From an uncultured Janthinobacterium sp. (GTDB lineage Bacteria > Vulcanimicrobiota > Vulcanimicrobiia > Vulcanimicrobiales > Vulcanimicrobiaceae): a stretch of DNA of 12,826 nucleotides. A program made the position numbers and the translations under genes. The stretch covers positions 1 to 12,826 of the forward strand of contig CAZZXB010000088.1 in NCBI GenBank assembly GCA_964658025.1, given 5' to 3'. This document shows positions 1 through 7,434 of this stretch, in pieces; position 1 is the stretch's first letter, and every line of letters begins with the position of its first letter. The notes below the pieces were generated by a model. It did not search any database and had not been told where the DNA came from. It saw nothing but the letters and a program-made list of their open reading frames with translations.

Positions 1-101
1 CGATCCGCGACGTCGCGCTCACGCAGCCGGCGTTCGCGCCGTTCGCGAACGCGCTCTTCCCTCCGCCCTCGCCCGCGCAAGCCGATCGATCCGCCGTATA
101 G
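1..101 (+). CDS. 3' end of an upstream gene (partial, function unknown)
   Basis: Frame 3 is open from the window edge (IRDVALTQPAFAPFANALFPPPSPAQADRSAV) to TAG at 99-101, with mostly G/C third positions; convergent with the aminotransferase gene. Confidence 0.5.
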   Translation, partial: IRDVALTQPAFAPFANALFPPPSPAQADRSAV

Positions 102-144
102 CGTCGGTCGGCGGCCCGCCGCGGAGCGTTCGCCTGACGGACGA
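102..144. terminator. Imperfect inverted repeat between convergent genes (possible terminator or stability hairpin)
   Basis: CGTCGGTCGGCG ... CGCCTGACGGACG pair imperfectly and fill the short gap between two stop codons; no U-tract. Confidence 0.3.
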
Positions 145-1314
145 CTAACGCCCGACGCCGACGGCCTCTCGGACGAGGCACGCGTTCGCCGCCGCGAGCG
201 CGTCGTCGCCCGCGTGCGCGACGCCGCGCGAGGCGAGCGTCTGCGAGAGGCCGCGCAGGCCGCGCATCACGTCGTCCGCCGAGAGATCGCCCATCGTTCC
301 CATCCGTAGGATCTTGCCGACGAGATCGCCCTGACCGCCGCCGAGCACGAGACCGTGCACCTCGCGGAGTTCTTTCCGCGCCGCCGCGACGTCGAGCCCG
401 GCGGGGGCGACGATCGCGACGACCGTGACGGAGTGCGCGCCGTCGGCCGAAAGTAATTCGAGTCCGGCCGCGCGGGCGAACGCGTGGATCGCGTCGCGAT
501 AGCGCGCGTGGCGCGCGAACGCGGCGGGCATGCCGCCGGCGTGGTAACGATCGAGCGCGACGTCGAGCGCGTAGAGGATCGAGACGGGCGGCGTCCACGG
601 CGTCTGTCCGAGTTTGCGAAACGCGCGCGCCTTGCGGAGATCGAGCGCGAAACTTTTCGCGGAAGCCCGCTCCATCCGTTCCCACGCGCGATCGCTCACG
701 GCGACCATGGCGGCGCCGGGCGGGACGGCGAGCGCTTTCTGCGACGCCGTGACGACCACGTCGAAACCCCACGCGTCCATCTCGAACGCCGACGCCCCGA
801 GTCCGCTCACCGAATCGACGACGACGGTCGCCGGATGCTTGCCGATCGCGGCGGAGAGCGCCGCCATATCGTTCTGCACGCCCGTCGACGTCTCGTTGTG
901 CGTGAGCAGGACGCCGGCGTACGCGTGCGCCGTGTCGGCGGCCAGGCGCGCGGCGAGTTCGCGCGGATCGACGGCCGATCCGACCGGCGTCTCGATCTCG
1001 TCCACGTGCAGGCCGAACGTCTTCGCGATCGCCGCGAGGCGCTTTCCGAACACGCCGACCGGCGCGACGAGCACGCGGTCCCCCGGCGAGAAGGCGGAGG
1101 CGACGGCGGCTTCGAGCCCGCCCGTCCCGGACGCCCCGAGGATCGTCACTTCGTTCGTCGCCGTGCCGAAGATCGGCCGCATCCCACGCTCGACGCGGGC
1201 GAGCAAGCTCGCGAATTCGGGACCGCGATGATCGATCATCGGGCGCCCCATCGCTTCGAGGACGGGCGCCGCGCAGGTCACGGGACCCGGGATGAACAGC
1301 AACTGGGTCGGCAT
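145..1314 (-). CDS. Class V PLP-dependent aminotransferase (alanine-glyoxylate / serine-pyruvate aminotransferase family)
   Basis: 389 aa; N-terminal LLFIPGP, DHRGPEF, SGTGGLEAA, THNETSTGV, VDSVSGLG, PLP-lysine motif ASQKAL, TPWTPP, and RMGTMG near the C-terminus. Confidence 0.95.
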   Translation of the reverse strand: MPTQLLFIPGPVTCAAPVLEAMGRPMIDHRGPEFASLLARVERGMRPIFGTATNEVTILGASGTGGLEAAVASAFSPGDRVLVAPVGVFGKRLAAIAKTFGLHVDEIETPVGSAVDPRELAARLAADTAHAYAGVLLTHNETSTGVQNDMAALSAAIGKHPATVVVDSVSGLGASAFEMDAWGFDVVVTASQKALAVPPGAAMVAVSDRAWERMERASAKSFALDLRKARAFRKLGQTPWTPPVSILYALDVALDRYHAGGMPAAFARHARYRDAIHAFARAAGLELLSADGAHSVTVVAIVAPAGLDVAAARKELREVHGLVLGGGQGDLVGKILRMGTMGDLSADDVMRGLRGLSQTLASRGVAHAGDDALAAANACLVREAVGVGR

Positions 1315-1320
1315 TGGCCC

Positions 1321-1329
1321 ATCCTATCA
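1321..1329 (-). promoter_or_regulatory. Extended -10 element (TGn-TAGGAT) for a probably leaderless aminotransferase transcript
   Basis: Minus strand reads TG-A-TAGGAT-GGGCCA-ATG: a TANNNT hexamer 6 nt before the ATG, leaving no room for a Shine-Dalgarno. Confidence 0.55.
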
Positions 1330-1360
1330 CACGGCCCAGGAGTGATCGAGTGCGGTTCCA

Positions 1361-1366
1361 TAGCTT
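1361..1366 (+). promoter_or_regulatory. -10 element (TAGCTT) for a probably leaderless hotdog-protein transcript
   Basis: TAGCTT-GTCCGAC-ATG(1374): a TANNNT hexamer 7 nt before the ATG. Confidence 0.45.
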
Positions 1367-1373
1367 GTCCGAC

Positions 1374-1838
1374 ATGTTCGACAAGATGGTTTACGGCATG
1401 ATCAAATCGCGCATGGCCGAGACGGTTCCGTTCGCGAAATATCTCGGTCTCGAGCTGACCGAGGTCGGCGCGGGGACGGCGACCGCCACGCTCCCCGACG
1501 CGGCCGATCTCGCGAACCATCTCGGCGCCCAGCACGTCGGCGCGCTGTTCGCGGTCGCCCAAACCGCGGCCGGCGCCGCGATCGCGGGGATGTTCGGACA
1601 GAAGATCCTCGGCCTGCGCCCGATCCTGCGCGACGCGAACGTGTGCTTCGGCAAGAACGCGCGCGGCAAGATCACGGCCGACGCGAAGGTCGTCGGCGAC
1701 GTCGAGAAACTCGCGAAGACGGTCGATGAGAGCGGACACGTCGATTTTCCGGTCGCGGTATCGCTCGTCGACGCGGCGGGGGTCGAGGTGTCGTCGATGA
1801 CGTTCGCGTGGAACGTCGCGAAATCGCAGCCGACGTAA
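1374..1838 (+). CDS. Hotdog-fold protein (PaaI thioesterase / DUF4442 / YiiD-like), 154 aa
   Basis: VPFAKYLGLEL, ANHLGAQHVGALFAVAQTAAGA and the following beta strands match the PaaI-type hotdog pattern. Start moved to ATG 1374 because the track start (1314) runs over the divergent promoter region. Confidence 0.85.
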   Translation: MFDKMVYGMIKSRMAETVPFAKYLGLELTEVGAGTATATLPDAADLANHLGAQHVGALFAVAQTAAGAAIAGMFGQKILGLRPILRDANVCFGKNARGKITADAKVVGDVEKLAKTVDESGHVDFPVAVSLVDAAGVEVSSMTFAWNVAKSQPT

Positions 1839-1840
1839 CG

Positions 1841-2032
1841 ATGCCGTCGAACGTCGTCCGCGTCGAGGAATGTCCGAACTGCAATCATCCGGCGTCCGCG
1901 CATCTTCCCTTCGATGCGTCGCGCGACGCGGCGTGTCTCGGTGCGGACGATGCGGCGTGCCGGTGCCCGCTCGATCGCGCCGCCGTCGCGATCGCGATCG
2001 GCATCGCGGCGGCGCTCGTCAAATATGGCTGA
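1841..2032 (+). CDS. Small Cys/His-rich putative zinc-binding protein with hydrophobic C-terminus, 63 aa
   Basis: ATG 2 nt after the upstream TAA; MPSNVVRVEECPNCNHPASAH...AC...CRC...AAVAIAIGIAAALVKYG. Confidence 0.6.
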   Translation: MPSNVVRVEECPNCNHPASAHLPFDASRDAACLGADDAACRCPLDRAAVAIAIGIAAALVKYG

Positions 2033-2160
2033 CCGTCGCGCGACGCTCGCGACGCGGGAGTCCGAGCGCGAGCCGACGCTCGCGATGCGGACGATGCGAT
2101 GCGATGTGATGTTCGTCGCCGAAGCGTGAAGCGCGCGGATCGCCCGTACCCGCGAACGTC

Positions 2161-3093
2161 GTGACGTTCCGCATCGACGCGATCGTCTCGCTCGCGCGAC
2201 ACGCGGCGATGTCGACGTCGTACAAACCCGCGTTGCTCAAGGCGATCGTCCGTTGCGTGCGCCGCGAAGCGCGCCGCGAGATCCCGCTCGTCGAACTCGG
2301 TTCGGAATTCGTCCGACTGTATTGGGTCCAGACCGTCGTCTTTCGATTGCGACAGGCGCCGTCGCTCGCGCGCGAATCGGAGATCGTTCGGGCGATCCGC
2401 GGCGCGGCCGAACGCGAGGCCGTCCGCGATCTCGGGCGACTCACCGCCTCCGTGCGCGAACGGCTCGACCGCGACATGGCGCGCATCCTCACGATCAACG
2501 TCCTGCGCGCGTTCCACGGCAGCAAGCCGCCGGACGTGCCGGACCTCTTCGCGTGGGGCGACGGGCACGATCGAATCGCGATGACGGACGATGCGGTCGC
2601 GTTCGTGCGCGCGCATTCGGCGACGCTCGAGGCGATCGCGAATCTGTGGTGGGCCCGTTATCTCGAGCGCGTCAACATGTCCGCGCCGAAGATCATCGAG
2701 AAGGTCGAACGTCTCGGCGCGAAGCGCTCGCCGCTCGGAAGATATCTCGACATCCTGCGACGGACGGACGGATCGTTCTGCTTCTACTGCGATCGCGAGC
2801 TCGACGAGCGCGCGAGCGTTCAGATCGACCACGTCATTCCGTGGAGCTTTCTGCTCTCCGATCCGCTATGGGATCTCGTTCTCGCGTGCGCGTCGTGCAA
2901 CGGGCGAAAATCCGACACGCTGCCGACGCGCGCCTATCTCGATAAACTCGACGCGCTCGGCGGACGACGTGCGAAGCTCGCGTTACCGGGTACCTTCGCG
3001 TCCCCGTTCCTCTCGCGCCACGAACTCGACCGGTTCTACGATGCGGCCCTCGGCGTCGAGTGGCCGAGCGGATGGAATCCGCTCGGTCGTTGA
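2161..3093 (+). CDS. HNH endonuclease-family protein with large N-terminal domain, 310 aa
   Basis: C-terminal CFYC...IDHVIPWS...DLVLACASCNGRKSD (two CxxC zinc knuckles and an HNH-type core); N-terminal STSYKPALLKAI motif. Confidence 0.9.
   Translation: MTFRIDAIVSLARHAAMSTSYKPALLKAIVRCVRREARREIPLVELGSEFVRLYWVQTVVFRLRQAPSLARESEIVRAIRGAAEREAVRDLGRLTASVRERLDRDMARILTINVLRAFHGSKPPDVPDLFAWGDGHDRIAMTDDAVAFVRAHSATLEAIANLWWARYLERVNMSAPKIIEKVERLGAKRSPLGRYLDILRRTDGSFCFYCDRELDERASVQIDHVIPWSFLLSDPLWDLVLACASCNGRKSDTLPTRAYLDKLDALGGRRAKLALPGTFASPFLSRHELDRFYDAALGVEWPSGWNPLGR
3062..3088. terminator. Perfect 10-bp hairpin at the 3' end of the HNH gene
   Basis: CCGAGCGGAT-GGA-ATCCGCTCGG (3064-3086), extendable by a G-U and a G-C pair; lies where the HNH and tldDE transcription units converge. 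Confidence 0.4.
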
Positions 3094-3179
3094 ACGTCCG
3101 CGGACGCTCGCGCACGCCGCCCGACGTCGGCCGAGGGCGGGCGACGCGCCGGCCGTCGTTCGGCCCGCGCGGCCGTCGC

Positions 3180-3413
3180 TCAGCCGAGGCGAGGTCCGAG
3201 AATGCTCGCGAGCGTGTAGCCGCCGAATAACGACGGCTTGCGATGGTTCCCGCATCCTCCGGGCGAGCCCGCGCTCGCGAGACGGCGTCTGATCGCGACG
3301 CGCGTGACGGTTCGGTGCGAGCGCGCGAACGACGCGAGCGCGGGAGCCCCCGTCGTGCGCGCGAATGCGGCCGCTCCGAGCGTGGATACGAGAAAACGCT
3401 GACGCTTCATCAT
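3180..3413 (-). CDS. Small basic hypothetical protein with Tat-like N-terminus, 77 aa
   Basis: Strong Shine-Dalgarno (AGGAGG) overlapping the tldE stop; MMKRQRFLVSTLGAAAFARTTGAPALA resembles a degenerate twin-arginine signal with an ALA cleavage site. Confidence 0.6.
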   Translation of the reverse strand: MMKRQRFLVSTLGAAAFARTTGAPALASFARSHRTVTRVAIRRRLASAGSPGGCGNHRKPSLFGGYTLASILGPRLG

Positions 3414-3423
3414 TGGGAGCCTC

Positions 3424-4746
3424 CTACGCGAACGACGTCTGTGCGGCGAGGTTGAAATTCGCGATCTTCGCGTCGGGTAACACGCACGAATATCCGAGAT
3501 CGGATTCGGGCTCGGCGAGCACGGCGCGATTCGAGAACTCCACGTCCTTCATCACGTCGACCATCGAAACGAAATAGCGGAAGTTCTTGAGCGTTTTCGT
3601 CAGCTTCCCGTTTTCGATGAGATAGACGCCGTCGCGCGTGAGACCCGTGATCGCGGCCTTGCGCGGATCGACGACGCGTTCGTACCACGTCCGCGAGACG
3701 AGCACGCCCCGTTCGACCGACGCGATGAGCTCCTCGCGCGACTTCGTTCCGGGATCGATGACCATGCTGTTCGAAACGCCCGTCGCCGCGACGTTGAATT
3801 TTTTCGCCATATACGTGCTCGCCGAGTACGCCATGGGGACGCCCTTCTCGACGAAGGTGAACCGCTTCGCGGGCGCGCCGTCGCTCGGATCGAACGGCGC
3901 GTTCGCGATCTTCGGATCGCTCCAATCGGAACGGAGCGTGAAGTTCGGCGAAAAGACGGGTTTCCCGATCCGATCGATCATCCACGAATCTTTGTCGTCG
4001 AGCACGTTCTGCGCGTCGAGCCCTTCGAGTAACGCCTTGACCGCCGACTGGAACGCGCTCGGTTCGAGGACGACCGTCGTGCGCCCGGCCGGAAAATCGG
4101 CGGGGACGCGCGAGACGTTCGCCTTCTCCGCCGCGCGGTCCGCGATCGAGGCGCTATCGACCGTGCCGTAATCGAGCGCGTACGATTCCGCGTAGCCGCT
4201 CGTCTGCGGCGCCATCGCCTTGACCTGGATGCCGCCCGTGGTTCCCGTGTAGGCCACGCGGACGCCGAGCGAGTTCGCGAGCGCGAGCGTCTGCACTTGC
4301 GTCGTCGTGAAGCCGGAGCACGTGAGGTTCGCCCGCTTCATCGTCGCGAAAACCGGGAGCAGCTTTTCGATCCGATCGTCCGGCGACGCTTCGGCCGTCG
4401 TCGCGTAGTAACTCGTGACCGGCGCGGAGAGTCGCTGCGGCGCCGGGAGCGAGTGGAAGTCGTTATCGGGCGGCACGCGCCGCGCGAGTTCCCTCGCCTG
4501 CGCGACGAGCCGCGCGATGCCGGCGGCGCTCGCGTCGACGCTCCGCACCGTCCCCGCTTTCTTGCCGATGTAGTACGTCAGCGCGATCGTCGTCTGCTGC
4601 GCGTCGAGATTCTGCGTCACGTAATTGCGCGCGAAACGCGCGTACGACGCGTCCGAGATCGTCACGGCGACCTGCGCCTGATCGGCTCCCGTCGCCGCGC
4701 GGAGCACGGTCTCGGCGAGGCTCAGCGCTCGATCCTGATCACGCAT
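3424..4746 (-). CDS. tldE: TldE/PmbA family protein (non-catalytic partner of TldD), 440 aa
   Basis: ARFARN, ALANSLG, TVVLEPSA, GVLVSRTWY, TGLTRDGVYLIENGKL and NFRY motifs; no HExxxH; start overlaps the tldD stop by 8 bp. Confidence 0.9.
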   Translation of the reverse strand: MRDQDRALSLAETVLRAATGADQAQVAVTISDASYARFARNYVTQNLDAQQTTIALTYYIGKKAGTVRSVDASAAGIARLVAQARELARRVPPDNDFHSLPAPQRLSAPVTSYYATTAEASPDDRIEKLLPVFATMKRANLTCSGFTTTQVQTLALANSLGVRVAYTGTTGGIQVKAMAPQTSGYAESYALDYGTVDSASIADRAAEKANVSRVPADFPAGRTTVVLEPSAFQSAVKALLEGLDAQNVLDDKDSWMIDRIGKPVFSPNFTLRSDWSDPKIANAPFDPSDGAPAKRFTFVEKGVPMAYSASTYMAKKFNVAATGVSNSMVIDPGTKSREELIASVERGVLVSRTWYERVVDPRKAAITGLTRDGVYLIENGKLTKTLKNFRYFVSMVDVMKDVEFSNRAVLAEPESDLGYSCVLPDAKIANFNLAAQTSFA

Positions 4747-6196
4747 CGGACTTCACCCCGACCTTGACGTCGCGGAAACGGGCGACGCTGCACGCGTGCG
4801 TCGTGCGACCGCTCTGTTCGGGTTCGCCCTTGCCGCAGTTCGGCGTTCCCCAGACCTTGAATTCGCTCGCGCCGCCGACGCGATCGAGCGAGCCCCAGAA
4901 CTGCGGCGTGACGCCCGTATACGTCGGTTGCTTGAAGATCTTGCCGCGCTTGCCGTTCTTGATTTCGTATCCGATCTGCGGTCCGAATTGGAAGTTCAAC
5001 CGGTGGTCGTCGATCGACCAGGAGCGCATCCCCGAAACGAGCACGCCGTCCTTCGTGTCCGCGACGATCGATTCGAGCGTCCCTTCGTGCGGCACGAGAC
5101 CGATGTTCGACATGCGCACCATCGGGACGCTCGCCCAATCTTGCGCGCGCGTCGACGCCGTCTGCGGTAAGCCGACCTGTTCCGCCGTATCGCGCGAGGA
5201 GAGAAACGCGCGCAAGATACCGTTCTCGATGAGCGGTACGCGCTTCGGCGCGACGCCCTCGTCGTCGTACCCGACGGTCGCCATGCCGAGCGGCATCGCG
5301 TTGTCGCAGTAGATGTTGAGCAGGTCGCTCCCGTACCGCATCTTGCCGACCTTGTCGGGCGTGACCCACGAGATCCCCGAGAAGTTCGCCTCCCAGCCGA
5401 GCGAACGATCGAGCTCGAGCGGATGTCCGATCGATTCGTGCATCTGAAGGTTCAGTACCGTACCGTCGAGGAGCAGATCGGTCACGCCCGTCGGCAGGGC
5501 CGGGGCGTCCGCGAGGATGACCGCTTCGCGACCGTAGTTCGGCGCGAGCGTCGCGAGGTCGGCCGCGTCGATCACTTCGTAACCGCCGCCCTGAAACAGC
5601 CCGAAGTCGCCCGGACCGCCGCGCGTCTGCGCGTCGCGATCCTTGCCGATCGCGGTCGCGCCGCAGCCGGCGCCGCTCTGACGGATCGTCTGCGCGATCG
5701 CGCTTCCGGTCGTCGAATAGAACTCTTTGGCGGTCGTCCAGACGTTCGCGAACGCGTACGCAGCGACGACGTTTTTCGCGACGTGCATCGATTTCTCGAC
5801 GCCGAGTAAGTACGCGGCCCGGTCGCCGATGGGGACGGAAGCCGGGTCTTTCGTATAAGGCGTCTCCCACGTGGCGACGATCTTCTCCGTCGGCGTCACG
5901 GCGAGGATCCGGTCCGCGACCTTCGCGCCGGATCGCGCGATCGCGGTCGCCGCGACGGCCGAGCGATCGAGATCGTCGTCGGTCATCCGATCGCTGCCGT
6001 AGAAACCCCAACTGCCGTCGACGAGCGCGCGCACGGCGTACCCGAGCGAGCGCGTATCCGACGCGTCGACGACGTCGCCGTTGCGCACGACGAGCCGCTC
6101 CGCGCGGATCGTCCAGAACTGCACGTCGGCGTACGTCGCGCCGGCTTTGGACGCCGAATCGAGCACGCGTGCCGCGGCGTTCGCATAAGACCCCAT
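4739..6196 (-). CDS. tldD: TldD family metalloprotease, about 485 aa
   Basis: GATYADV, GYAVRALVDGSWGF, HESIGHPLELDR (HExxxH), YDDEGV, VRMSN, WSIDDHRLNFQF and NCGKGEP. Start set at ATG 6196 (GGGAGA upstream) because the track start at 6397 overlaps the divergent selD start. Confidence 0.93.
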   Translation of the reverse strand: MGSYANAAARVLDSASKAGATYADVQFWTIRAERLVVRNGDVVDASDTRSLGYAVRALVDGSWGFYGSDRMTDDDLDRSAVAATAIARSGAKVADRILAVTPTEKIVATWETPYTKDPASVPIGDRAAYLLGVEKSMHVAKNVVAAYAFANVWTTAKEFYSTTGSAIAQTIRQSGAGCGATAIGKDRDAQTRGGPGDFGLFQGGGYEVIDAADLATLAPNYGREAVILADAPALPTGVTDLLLDGTVLNLQMHESIGHPLELDRSLGWEANFSGISWVTPDKVGKMRYGSDLLNIYCDNAMPLGMATVGYDDEGVAPKRVPLIENGILRAFLSSRDTAEQVGLPQTASTRAQDWASVPMVRMSNIGLVPHEGTLESIVADTKDGVLVSGMRSWSIDDHRLNFQFGPQIGYEIKNGKRGKIFKQPTYTGVTPQFWGSLDRVGGASEFKVWGTPNCGKGEPEQSGRTTHACSVARFRDVKVGVKSDA

Positions 6197-6301
6197 TTCC
6201 GATGCTTCTCCCAGCCGCGCGACGATCTTCTTTGCGATCGGAAACGCCCGCGATTCGTCTGCGATGGAGCCCACGTCGCCCGGATGCGCGACCGAGGTTC
6301 G

Positions 6302-6352
6302 GCGCCCGGCCGACGCGCCACGAAACGCTCGCGCGTCGTCCGGCCCGGGCGC
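6302..6352. other. Two-tier inverted repeat in the tldD/selD divergent intergenic region
   Basis: GCGCCCGG(6302-6309)/CCGGGCGC(6345-6352) enclose CGACGCGC(6311-6318)/GCGCGTCG(6331-6338). Confidence 0.4.
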
Positions 6353-6374
6353 GGTATCGTAGCGCCGAGCGTCG

Positions 6375-6380
6375 TACCCT
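6375..6380 (+). promoter_or_regulatory. -10 element (TACCCT) for a probably leaderless selD transcript
   Basis: TACCCT-TGCGGGC-ATG(6388); no Shine-Dalgarno. Confidence 0.5.
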
Positions 6381-6387
6381 TGCGGGC

Positions 6388-7431
6388 ATGTCGACACCCG
6401 AGCGATTCCGTCTCACGTCCATCACGGCGGGCGGCGGTTGAGCGAGTAAGATCGGCTCGGCCGATCTCGCGCAAGTCTTGCGCGGCTTACCGCGATCCCA
6501 TCACGAGAACGTCCTCGTCGGCTACGGCACGAACGACGACGCGGGCATCGTTATGGTTCGCGACGATCTCGCGATCGTACAGACGGTCGATTTCTTCACG
6601 CCGATCGTCGACGACGCATACGATTTCGGCCGCATTGCCGCGGCGAACGCGCTCTCCGACGTCTACGCCATGGGCGGCACGCCGCTCTCGGCGCTCAACA
6701 TCGCGACGTTCCCGATGGAATCGCTCGGTCCCGAACTCCTCGCGCGGATCCTCGCGGGCGGAGCCGCGACCGCGCGCGAGGCCGGGATCCCGATCGTCGG
6801 CGGACATACCGTGGAAGACGACGAGCCGAAGTACGGCATGGCCGTGATCGGAACGATCGATCCGCGAGCGATCGTCACGAATGCGGGCGCGCGACCGGGC
6901 GATACGCTCGTGCTCACGAAACCGATCGGAACCGGCGTGCTCGCGAGCGCGTTGAAAAAAGACGCGATCGACGAGACGCAGATGGCGGAAGCCGTGCGCT
7001 GGATGACGACGCTCAACGCGTCGGCGGCGCGCGCGATGCTCGCGGCGCACGCGAACGCCGCGACCGACGTGACGGGTTTCGGCTTGCTCGGCCACGCGGG
7101 CGAACTCGCGCGCGCGAGCGGCGTCGCGCTCCGCATCTCCGCCGCGCGCGTCCCCGTCTACGCGCTCGCGCGCGAGCTGGTCGCGCGCGGCATCGCGCCG
7201 AGCGGATCGCGTCGTAACGCGGCGGAGCACGCGGCGTTCGTCTCGTTCGCGGACGAGGTGCCGGACGATCTACGATTATTGTTCAGCGACGCGCAGACGA
7301 GCGGCGGTCTCCTGATCGCGTGTCCGCCCGACGGCCTGCCGACGTTGCTCGAGGGATTGCGGGAACCGGACGCGCTCGCCGCCGTCATCGGCGTCGTCGA
7401 ATCCGGGAGCGGCATCGCGGTCGACGCGTAA
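6388..7431 (+). CDS. selD: Selenide, water dikinase (selenophosphate synthetase), selenocysteine-containing (Sec18 at TGA 6439-6441), 347 aa
   Basis: MSTPERFRLTSITAGGG-[TGA]-ASKIGSADLAQVL continues in frame into DDAG, QTVDFFTPIVDD, AAANALSDVYAMGG, GGHT, LTKPIGTG, TDVTGFGLLGH and DAQTSGGLL. The TGA sits at the catalytic Cys/Sec position of the (C/U)xxK motif. Confidence 0.96.
6442..6470 (+). promoter_or_regulatory. Putative bacterial SECIS hairpin
   Basis: Directly after the UGA: GCG-AGUA-AGAUCGGC-UCG-GCCGAUCU-CGC, a perfect 8-bp upper stem with a 3-bp lower stem and a bulge. Confidence 0.7.
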
Positions 7432-7434
7432 CGC

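Noticed and set aside
2030..2164. Read-through of the Cys-rich ORF's TGA up to the HNH start
   Set aside because: The hairpin loop is too close to the UGA for a SECIS, and the extension is low-complexity Arg/Ala/Asp.
2161..3093. HNH protein as Cas9/IscB or a mobile-element nuclease
   Set aside because: No RuvC motifs, CRISPR array, transposase or terminal repeats are visible.
3036..3182. Selenocysteine read-through of the small ORF's TGA (a hairpin follows it)
   Set aside because: The read-through product (ATAARAERRPARRPP...) is not protein-like, has no redox-motif context and runs antisense into the HNH gene.
6197..6397. 67-aa N-terminal extension of TldD in the ORF track
   Set aside because: It overlaps the divergent selD start and promoter, has no TldD-like sequence, and ATG 6196 has a purine-rich RBS and gives a typical length.
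6478..7431. SelD starting at 6478, or selD as a pseudogene
   Set aside because: This start would remove the catalytic (C/U)xxK motif. The TGA falls exactly at the Sec position and is followed by a hairpin.
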